From Octopus sinensis (lineage: Eukaryota): a stretch of 16,181 nt of DNA. The notes under the pieces were generated by a model, which did no database searches, had not been told where the DNA came from, and saw only the letters and a list, made by a program, of their open reading frames with translations. The stretch's first letter is position 1. Every line of letters begins with the position of its first letter. A program made the translations under genes and the position numbers. Positions 1 through 8,712 of the stretch are shown here, piece by piece. The stretch is from NCBI RefSeq assembly GCF_006345805.1, contig NW_021825248.1, positions 1-16,181 on the forward strand, written 5' to 3'.

Positions 1-48
1 GAATATAATTAGGTAGAGGGATGATGTTCTGATGGTGAGATTAAATGC

Positions 49-110
<62 letters not shown>

Positions 111-122
111 TATATATATATA
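49..122. repeat. (AT)n microsatellite, left flank of the tandem-array insertion
   Basis: Imperfect (AT)n run read directly, with interruptions at 71 (g) and ~103 (aa). Confidence 0.95.
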
Positions 123-242
123 ACGATTTAGGAGTGACCCCAACAGGTCACTCGTCCACCAGAAAGAGCAGCCATAACTCACACTGCAAGTATTATTAAT
201 TCAGAAATTAGGTGAAAATTTAAAAACATTTACCCTAATTCA

Positions 243-340
243 TCTTTTAGACGTTGCAACGTTCTGTGTCATTAATGATTAAATTAGCTTAATTAAATTA
301 AATTAAGCCATCTACCATAGGTTACACTTCATCAGTAAGA
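243..340 (-). ncRNA. Type I hammerhead ribozyme, copy 1, with a damaged core
   Basis: Same fold as copies 2-5, but the core reads GAAC instead of GAAAC (plus strand 261-264 GTTC) and there are 1-nt deletions in stem I and stem II. CUGAUGA is at 335-329. Confidence 0.6.
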
Positions 341-710
341 CCTGGGAGAGACAAATATACACGAGGCGTCTGTATCGAAGCCTACGGGATATCTGACTTA
401 AAATTTTCAAGACTGACGTATTCGCGCCAAACTTATCAACAGTAAATATATACTGCCGATTCAATCTCAGAATTATTCAGAAAATTATCAATTAGTCAAT
501 TTAGGGTAGCAAAAAAATTCAATAGAAATTTATCGCACCAGCGGCCTGGTGAAAAAGAGAAAATAGTCATCGAGTAAATATATAAATATAACGATTAGGA
601 GTGACCCCAACAGGTCACTCGTCCACCAGAAAGAGCAGCCATAACTCACACCGCCAAGTATTATTAATTCAGAAATTAGGTGAAAATTTAAAAACATTTA
701 CCCTAATTCA

Positions 711-811
711 TCTTTTAGACGTTGCAACGTTTCTGTGTCATTAATGATTAAATTAGCTTAATTAAATTAAATTAAGCCAATCTACCATAGGTTACACTTC
801 ATCAGTAAAGA
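711..811 (-). ncRNA. Type I hammerhead ribozyme, copy 2
   Basis: Minus strand reads UCUUUA-CUGAUGA-A-GUGU..(~55 nt)..ACAC-A-GAAA-CGUUGCAACG-UC^UAAAAGA. Stem I is UCUUUA/UAAAAGA (one bulged A), stem II is GUGU/ACAC, and stem III is the palindrome ACGUUGCAACGU. Predicted cleavage lies between plus-strand 718 and 717. Confidence 0.8.
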
Positions 812-1183
812 CCTGGGAGAGACAAATATACACGAGGCGTCTGTATCGAAGCCTACGGGATCTCTGACTTAAAATTTTCAAGACTGACGTATTCGCGCCA
901 AACTTATCAACAGTAAATATATACTGCCGATTCAATCTCAGAATTATTCAGAAAATTATCAATTAGTCAATTTAGGGTAGCAAAAAAATTCAATAGAAAT
1001 TTATCGCAACCAGCGGCCTGGTGAAAAAGAGAAAATAGTCATCGACTAAATATATAAATATAACGATTTAGGAGTGACCCCAACAGGTCACTCGTCCACC
1101 AGAAAGAGCAGCCATAACTCACACCGCCAAGTATTATTAATTCAGAAATTAGGTGAAAATTTAAAAACATTTACCCTAATTCA

Positions 1184-1284
1184 TCTTTTAGACGTTGCAA
1201 CGTTTCTGTGTCATTAATGATTAAATTAGCTTAATTAAATTAAATTAAGCCAATCTACCATAGGTTACACTTCATCAGTAAAGA
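1184..1284 (-). ncRNA. Type I hammerhead ribozyme, copy 3
   Basis: Identical 101-nt motif. CUGAUGA is at 1278-1272 and GUC at 1193-1191, with cleavage between 1191 and 1190. Confidence 0.8.
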
Positions 1285-1655
1285 CCTGGGAGAGACAAAT
1301 ATACACGAGGCGTCTGTATCGAAGCCTACGGGATATCTGACTTAAAATTTTCAAGACTGACGTATTCGCGCCAAACTTATCAACAGTAATATATACTGCC
1401 GATTCAATCTCAGAATTATTCAGAAAATTATCAATTAGTCAATTTAGGGTAGCAAAAAAATTCAATAGAAATTTATCGCAACCAGCGGCCTGGTGAAAAA
1501 GGGAAAATAGTCATCGACTAAATATATAAATATAACGATTTAGGAGTGACCCCAACAGGTCACTCGTCCACCAGAAAGAGCAGCCATAACTCACACCGCC
1601 AAGTATTATTAATTCAGAAATTAGGTGAAAATTTAAAAACATTTACCCTAATTCA

Positions 1656-1756
1656 TCTTTTAGACGTTGCAACGTTTCTGTGTCATTAATGATTAAATTA
1701 GCTTAATTAAATTAAATTAAGCCAATCTACCATAGGTTACACTTCATCAGTAAAGA
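1656..1756 (-). ncRNA. Type I hammerhead ribozyme, copy 4
   Basis: Identical 101-nt motif. CUGAUGA is at 1750-1744, with cleavage between 1663 and 1662. Confidence 0.8.
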
Positions 1757-2128
1757 CCTGGGAGAGACAAATATACACGAGGCGTCTGTATCGAAGCCTA
1801 CGGGATATCTGACATAAAATTTTCAAGACTGACGTATTCGCGCCAAACTTATCAACAGTAAATATATACTGCCGATTCAATCTCAGAATTATTCAGAAAA
1901 TTATCAATTAGTCAATTTAGGGTAGCAAAAAAATTCAATAGAAATTTATCGCAACCAGCGGCCTGGTGAAAAAGAGAAAATAGTCATCGACTAAATATAT
2001 AAATATAACGATTTAGGAGTGACCCCAACAGGTCACTCGTCCACCAGAAAGAGCAGCCATAACTCACACCGCCAAGTATTATTAATTCAGAAATTAGGTG
2101 AAAATTTAAAAACATTTACCCTAATTCA

Positions 2129-2229
2129 TCTTTTAGACGTTGCAACGTTTCTGTGTCATTAATGATTAAATTAGCTTAATTAAATTAAATTAAGCCAATC
2201 TACCATAGGTTACACTTCATCAGTAAAGA
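2129..2229 (-). ncRNA. Type I hammerhead ribozyme, copy 5
   Basis: Identical 101-nt motif. CUGAUGA is at 2223-2217, with cleavage between 2136 and 2135. Confidence 0.8.
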
Positions 2230-2408
2230 CCTGGGAGAGACAAATATACACGAGGCGTCTGTATCGAAGCCTACGGGATATCTGACTTAAAATTTTCAAG
2301 ACTGACGTATTCGCGCCAAACTTATCAACAGTAAATATATACTGCCGATTCAATCTCAGAATTATTCAGAAAATTATCAATTAGTCAATTTAGGGTAGCA
2401 AAAAAATT

Positions 2409-2702
2409 TAGATTGGCTTAATTTAATTTAATTAAGCTAATTTAATCATTAATGACACAGAAACGTTGCAACGTCTAAAAGATGAATTAGGGTAAATGTT
2501 TTTAAATTTTCACCTAATTTCTGAATTAATAATACTTGGCGGTGTGAGTTATGGCTGCTCTTTCTGGTGGACGAGTGACCTGTTGGGGTCACTCCTAAAT
2601 CGTTATATTTATATTTTAGTCGATGACTATTTTCTCTTTTCACCAGGCCGCTGGTTGCGATAAATTTCTATTGAATTTTTTTGCTACCCTAAATTGACTA
2701 AT
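2409..2702 (+). mobile_element. Inverted 294-bp segment of the same unit (5' inversion of the insertion), containing only the 3' half of the hammerhead
   Basis: Reverse complement of 1907-2202 with two 1-bp deletions. It has GAAA (2460-2463) and GUC (2473-2475), but starts inside stem II and so lacks CUGAUGA. Confidence 0.92.
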
Positions 2703-2720
2703 ATATATATATATATATAT

Positions 2721-2752
<32 letters not shown>
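2701..2752. repeat. (AT)n microsatellite, right flank of the insertion
   Basis: (AT)n run read directly, with one ATTATAAT interruption. Confidence 0.95.
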
Positions 2753-2860
2753 CAGTAGATAAAAAGGGAGGCTAAGAGAGAAAGTGGTAGTGGTGGTGGG
2801 TGTGGTGGTAGTTAGTATTTTAAATCCCCTATCACTTAACGCATGATCAGAAATGCAATT
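2753..2860 (+). repeat. Right half of an interspersed repeat split by the array (left half at ~1-48)
   Basis: 23-45 is identical (23/23) to 14109-14131, and 2828-2859 matches 14277-14308 at 26/32. The purine-rich and GGT-rich stretches between these anchors occur in the same order in both copies. Confidence 0.7.
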
Positions 2861-2934
2861 CCATGAAATATTCACACTTATATACAGTGTCATATGTACG
2901 GCGTATATATATATTACAAGTATATATATATATT

Positions 2935-5732
2935 ATAAAGAAAGTACAAGGAGTGTAAATGTACAATTGCGAAAGTGTGAACTACACTTCAGAAGAAGGG
3001 ATTATATAAGGCGTTACAATTTTTCCACAAGCAATGAAATAGCTGCACCGTGAAAACAGAGACATTCTTGTCTATCCATGGAATTCACTTGCGGAGTGAA
3101 TCGCGTAGACATTGTGCCATCTAGTCCCAATGAGTTATTCACTTCTATTCCCTCATGGAAAGTCCGGATGGCACTGTGGGATTCTATATGTGGCGAAACG
3201 CAGAACATCCGCCCGCAGACGACTCACGGTGTAATTTAGGGTTGCTGATTGCAGTACCTAGGGGACCATCAGGCCCAGTTGCTCGCAGAGCAGTACAGTG
3301 GACTTATGGTCTACCTGCAGAGAGGAGCTGATGAGAATGTCAAGCTAGGAGCTGTCCTCGGAATATGCATCAATATTATCAGGATGCAATGCCGATTACA
3401 TCAGAGTATGTAAACCTGACTTAATTGTCACATATACATCCAACCCTAAGTGCCATGAAATAGAAAATAATCTGCAGCGAAATGGGACACGAGGAAACTG
3501 ACCGGATTTGGTTGCAAGAGTGTACAAGTTGCATCTCACTGAAAGTCTGAAGGATATAAAGGAGAGACACATGTATCAATAGCTAATGCCCCAAATTGTT
3601 TCCCAAGAACTACAGAAGTGAGATACTACTAAATAATAATGGATATCCATAGAACTGGAGGCGCAATAATGGGATCGCAGCACAAGTTGGACTCCAACAA
3701 AATTATTTTGCATGTCGATACGTTTCACCTCCTAAAGCCATGTGGAGAATATCTCAATACAAGCTGCATGACTCCTCTCACACTGTTTACAGACTAGCAG
3801 TTCAATTTGGAGACCAGGAGAGACTGTGCTTTCACAGAGGTAACACTCAGTAACCTACTCAAGAACAGAGATCGATCGTGAACACTCGGGAGAAGAAACA
3901 ATAACATCGGCAGCAGAATGAACACAGTGAGTCCTAAGGACGTAGAAACATTTCATTTACGATTGCTATTTTGCATGTTCCAGGTACTAAGAGCTTTGAG
4001 AAGTGAGCACTGTAGGAGGTGAAATCTATGCAAGATTTAAAGATGCGTACATATGACTTGGTCTTCTCCAAAATTATGTGATGTTGGAACATGCCATACT
4101 AAAGGTGCTGCATATCGGATGGCATTTCAGCCGCGTATCACGTTTGTTGTCCTTTGCACCTATTCAAATCATTCAAATGTCCTTCGCCTGAGGAACACTC
4201 ACAAGAATACCATGATGGTAGATTATGCTCAGCGAGGTTTGAATGCATACTCTACACTCTATAAATTCTATGCATATTGAAAATTGCATTAGCTGCCTTA
4301 ATGTTGGCTTGTCTGAACCAGTTCGAGTGTAACGGGTAGGGCATAAACATGACATGAACCACCCCGGCATTGCAACCGTTACCGATGAGCAGAGAGTGAT
4401 CGCTGATGCAGTCATTGAAGACAGTTGATAAGAAAAGGTGAGGTGAGGTGCTGGAATGTTCCTGCTTCTATGCAGAGGTTCCTGGAGGTTGGGACAAGAA
4501 TTACATATTTAATACGCTGATCTCACATCTACGAAGGAGAACCAATCAAGTGGTGCGTGCAGAGGCATAGCTTCAACATTGATGTCTGGTGGAAGGACGG
4601 TGCACAGTTTGCTCAAATTGCCCGTTCCTCTGTTGGAAACTAAATTTTGCAATGTACCACCCAGCTCTGACCAGAAATTATTTGAGAAATTTGTATTTGA
4701 TTATTATAGATCAGGCTTCCATGATCACTCTGTATGCTTTTCCTGCTAATGACAAAGCTCTGAAAGAAATCACTGGCAACAATGAAGATTTCGGTTGAAA
4801 AGTTGTGCTCATTGGTAGAGACTTCAGGCAAGTTCTGCCAATATTGCCAAGAGGAACTCGTGAGGCAGTAATTCAGATCTCCATTAAGAACTCTCCTCTC
4901 TGGTTACACTTCAGACATTTATATTTTGAGCCAAAATAGAGCAATAACAGATCGAAGACAATTTGCAGCATGGCCACTACACTTTGACTATGGCACCACA
5001 ACTCTTATGCAAGATCCAAGTGAGTTAGTGATGATATAAACGTGCTACGTGATTTATGCTTTAATGGGTCGCTGATAAATGATGCTTTTTGGCAATGCCC
5101 CTCAAGAACAAAGAACAAGTAGAGCGATCCTCTCACCAAAAAGTTCAGACTGCTTAAAGATAAACGAAGGGGTTATGGATAAACTCCCAGAGGACCAGTG
5201 CTTTTAATACAGCATGGATAAGGTCTTCACAGATAACCCTGCTGAAGCTGAGCGATATCCCCTGAGATTTCCGATTTCATGGACACCATCTGGAATGCCA
5301 CCTCCTAGACTGCATTTGAAGCCTGACTCCATAATAATGCTCCTGAGGAATATTTCAATTGAAAATTGTCTCTATAACGGAACAAGACTGAAAGGGGAAG
5401 CCCTCCATCAAGACTCCATTGAAGCCTCAATAATAAGTGGCACATTGATCGGGAGACGTATTCTCATTCATAGAATAAGGCTGGCACTGAGACGCCAAAT
5501 CCCGTTCGCTTGACAATTGCAATGACTATCAATAAATCACATGGGCAGACATTTGATAAACTGGAGCGATCCTTGCCTGAACCTGCGTATTAATGGTCAG
5601 CTATATGTTGTTTCCCAAGGGCTCACAAACATTATCTGATATAAAGTTAAAGTTATCAACACTGACAAACAAGGGAAAAGAAGAGGGAGAAGTTACGCGA
5701 ACAACACAATCTGTAACGAAGTATTGGATTGA
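2935..5732 (+). pseudogene. Decayed Helitron Rep-helicase (RepHel) coding region
   Basis: Hand translation across frameshifts and stops. Rep part: RRYNFSTSNEIAA (3009-3047), PMSYSLLFPHGKSGWH, PRNMHQYYQDAM..KPDLIVTYTSNPK..PDLVARVYKL (3356-3530), CPKLFPK..NGYP, RYVSPPKAMWRI, RMNTVSPKDVETFHLRLL. PIF1-like helicase part: degenerate Walker A EVPGGWDKNYIFNTL (4475), GGRTVHSLLKLPVP (4588), IIDQASM (4703), DFRQVLP, PSGMPPPRLHLK..IMLLRN..NGTRL, MTINKSHGQT (5522), GQLYV, stop at 5730-5732. No element termini found. Confidence 0.92.
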
Positions 5733-6204
5733 AAGGTGTACGCAAATTGAAATATATATAAGCTCTGATGCACCGCCTTTCTTATGAACTACCAACGATG
5801 TGGCTTTCAGACGATGCCATGTTGCATTAAATTTTCAACCCTATCTTTTACCTATAAAATCATTTTTTTACTATAATATTTTTGTTTTCTTGATATGAAT
5901 GTGTGACCATGTAAATTTTAAAATGCAATTTTTTTCTCTCCATGGGGTAAATGGAAAAAAATATTAAATAATTATTTTATGATTGCTGTGTATTAAGTCT
6001 ATAACATCGTACATGAAGTATATAAAGTACATATATAAATTGCATTAAGTAATCATCGTATTTCAGTTTCCTTCAACTTTCATTGAATAGCAGATGAGAA
6101 ACATTCTTTTCATACACACACAACACAGTCTACGCTTTCAGATTTTTTGGATAAATTTTTCAGGAGTCACCGAAAAGTTTTATTATTAATTCCGTGGAAT
6201 ATTC

Positions 6205-6520
6205 ATGGAACCCGCTACTGAAATAATAAATGTTGAGTATTAAGAATCAGATAAAGTGAGAAAAGAGGACAATGAGAGAGAAGGGTGAGACGATGATGAC
6301 AATCAATATTATGATCATGATGATGATGACGAAGATGATGATGATGATGATGACAGCGATAATGTTGATCATAAATACGATGTTGAAGGTTGTTATGATG
6401 ATGAGGATGAATATGACGAGAAAGCGGATGAGAATGTTGATATTGATATTATCACTGAATATTCTAACAATTCAGATGAAAAAGAAGAGGAGGAGAACAA
6501 TGGGATGAGGATGAAATGAA
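6205..6520 (+). repeat. Degenerate (GAT/GAN)n tract reading as an Asp/Glu-rich frame
   Basis: The frame from ATG 6205 reads MEPATEIINVEY*ESDKVRKEDNEREG*DDDDNQYYDHDDDDEDDDDDDD... with two stops. The low complexity is seen directly; a coding origin is unproven. Confidence 0.6.
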
Positions 6521-6526
6521 GAATTC

Positions 6527-7075
6527 CTGCAGATTACTCAGTAGTTCAACGAAGGTATTTTCTTTTTCGTTGATCTTTAGCTTCATGTTAACATCCACTG
6601 GGCAGCTGATTTCCACAAGTGTACACAGTTTCTCTCTCTCAATCCCAAATCACCATGTCAGGTCTATTGTGTTTACATTACATTGGGATTTCCCCTGGGA
6701 CATTCCGGCAGCACTCCATTTTATTGGTAGCGGTTTTAGCTTGCACCATATTGTGGGATTTTATTTCTTTATCTTTGGAATTAACCTTCCGACGGATTTC
6801 ATTATACAGTGTCCTAGCTACATCATGTCACATCGGTAGATAAAATCAAGATGACATTTTCGGACAACTGCTTGTAATATGGGTGATATCTTCAGTGTTA
6901 CCGCCACGTAATCTGCATCGGCTGTCACGCTTTACTGTTTTGCCTGCATCTTTGTCCCTTTTGTGCATTAGGTATTTGGTTGATATTTCCTGTTCCTGGA
7001 TTGCAAACGGATACCCTTCAAATTAGGAGATAGTAATCCGGTTTTTGGACCATGTATATATGTACGGATGAACCT
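6527..7075 (-). mobile_element. R4/Dong-like non-LTR retrotransposon 3' fragment (CCHC knuckle plus restriction-like endonuclease), pseudogenised
   Basis: Minus-strand translation: FEGYPFAIQEQEISTKYLMHKRDK, then CRLRGGNTEDITHITSSC (6917-6864; second Cys lost), MSS*FYLPM*HDVARTLYNEI, KHNRPDMVIWD (6674-6642), EKLCTLVEISCPVDVN..EKEN..LLSNLQ. This is the PD..E RLE signature typical of the R4 clade. Confidence 0.85.
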
Positions 7076-7077
7076 AC

Positions 7078-7290
7078 CTTTTATCTCTTCCCTGTGCTAG
7101 CCAGTATACGGCGACCATACTGGAGTATCACATTAAAGAGTATTACTCGAACAAATCGAACTCATTACTAATTTTTATAAAGTTTACTACTTATTCTATC
7201 AGTCCCTTTTGCTGAAGCGTTAATTTGCAGAGACGCAAAGAGACCACCACCTTTGAGCTTGTGTTTGTCCCCTACCATCCCTTGACAATA
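7078..7290 (-). mobile_element. Diverged SINE-like interspersed repeat, same family as 14610-14748
   Basis: The reverse complement of 7147-7225 aligns with 14669-14748 (shared GCAAAAG, GATAGAATAAGTA, TCGATTTG.TCGA). From memory it resembles an abundant octopus SINE-type repeat; this was not verified. Confidence 0.65.
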
Positions 7291-8192
7291 TATATGTATA
7301 TATATCCAATACATCAAATCCGTTCTGTCTGTTTGTGCGCTTATAACTCGTGTATTTTTTATCCGATCGCACTGTGATTTTAAACATGGACACATGAGAG
7401 AGCAGGGCGTTCCGTAATCTAAAAGATTTTGAAAATTGCTGGTTTCAAAATAAGAATCGCTATTTTTGTAATCTTTTCGTCCTGTTTTTCCGCCATTAAA
7501 AGCAACGAACTTGTTCAGAGAGCCAGCACATACCATTTAGCTAGCAACAAGTGGCGTACATGATGACAGTCAGCCAAAACCATCGCTATGCTGTCTCTCG
7601 TCATTCCTCCCTCTGTCTCTCTTATGATGTCCGATTCCACTTGAAGTTGTATATATATTGTGTTAAGATCGTTTTCAATCATTTATCCTTATGAGAAGAA
7701 ACAGACAAAAGTACCCCACATACAATAAACAAACATCACCACTACTTTACACCGTCCAAGTTAACCCTCTTCACTTTTGCACATGGCATGAAATACTACT
7801 CAAAATAGAGAAAAGATCAATTGCTATTAAAACAGCTAACATTTTGGGGTTAATAACCTTAACCTTTAGTTACAGTCTCTCATTCAAACTACATAATGGG
7901 TAGGGTTTTTGAGGGAGATTTGGCTGCTATTTCCCATAGCTAAATTGTAGAGGTCTGCTTCATTGGCTCAAACATAAATATATACATACATATATACATA
8001 AAATCGAAATAAAATACTTAAAGCAACAGTCGTCAAATAGAAAAGCCAATGTCCATGCAGTGTCATGATCCCAAAGAATTTCCAACTTCTTGCCAAATGC
8101 GAGCCCAGAGCAATCTTTTATCTCTTACACTATTTCAGCATTACGTCTGTATTGTAATGCGAGATAATATTTTCTGTTTGAAAGAAGCCTGT

Positions 8193-8194
<2 letters not shown>

Positions 8195-8248
<54 letters not shown>
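8195..8248. repeat. Perfect (TA)27 microsatellite
   Basis: Read directly from the sequence. Confidence 0.97.
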
Positions 8249-8251
<3 letters not shown>

Positions 8252-8518
8252 TCCTCTATTCCTCTATTTACATAATACTGAGGTCCCATTCATTCTTTGT
8301 CGGCATACCGCTACTATTAATATATATATATGTATAGTAAGAGAAGGGTAAAATATCAAAGCTGATAGCGAATGGCAAGGCTGGATCCTTCAGATGGTAG
8401 GTTTACGCTGAATGTCCTTTAGGTCCCAACCGATGTAACAGTTTATGTTTTGGCAACGTAGATATACAGTCTAATAATGATAATAATGGGATTGAATTTG
8501 TATATTCAAATTGTTAAT

Positions 8519-8605
8519 TCTCTCTGTCTCTCTCTCACTCTTTCTTTCTTTCATTATATCTTTCTTTCTTTCTCTCTTTCGCTTTCTCTCTCACTCTCTC
8601 TCTCT
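8519..8605. repeat. CT/CTTT pyrimidine-rich low-complexity tract
   Basis: Read directly from the sequence. Confidence 0.85.
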
Positions 8606-8712
8606 ACACATATATACTTATAAATTGAAGATATACTCATTAAAATGTTATTTGTTATAAACATTTATATATGTATATGTTAGGGTGTGTGTGTGTAAGT
8701 ACATGTATATAT

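Larger units (their letters stand above)
121..2408 (-). mobile_element. Tandem array of a ~472-bp non-coding unit, each copy carrying a hammerhead ribozyme motif (retrozyme-like or Penelope pLTR-like element)
   Basis: Units start with TAACGATT(T)AGGAGTGACC at 121, 589, 1061, 1533 and 2006 (lengths 468, 472, 472, 473 and a 403-bp partial copy). Copies differ only by scattered substitutions and 1-bp indels. There is no long ORF. A hammerhead core is present on the minus strand of every copy. The array itself is certain; the retrozyme class is inferred. Confidence 0.8.

Noticed and set aside
1315-1375. Possible Pol III A/B boxes on the minus strand of the unit (TGGCGCGAAT..CTTCGATAC)
   Set aside because: Both boxes deviate from consensus, there is no cloverleaf, and T4+ runs on that strand would terminate Pol III.
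121-2408. CRISPR array or protein-coding repeat
   Set aside because: Whole 472-bp units repeat with no unique spacers, there are no cas genes, the context is eukaryotic, and there is no long ORF.
2449-2643. 64-aa ORF and the other short ORFs over microsatellites or antisense to transposon genes (e.g. 2684-2893, 8049-8249, 9242-9583, 13943-14254)
   Set aside because: They are products of low-complexity sequence or shadows of real elements on the opposite strand, with no recognisable motifs.
7096-7123. Hairpin CCAGTAT/ATACTGG followed by CTAG on the minus strand as a Helitron 3' end
   Set aside because: There is no spacer between hairpin and CTAG, it is not followed by T, it is on the wrong strand for the Helitron relic, and it lies inside the SINE-like copy.
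7300-7550. Possible non-autonomous Helitron-like element (CTGT motif..TAACTC..CCGAT; ends near CTAG)
   Set aside because: The resemblance is only general; no terminal hairpin and no second copy are present in the window.
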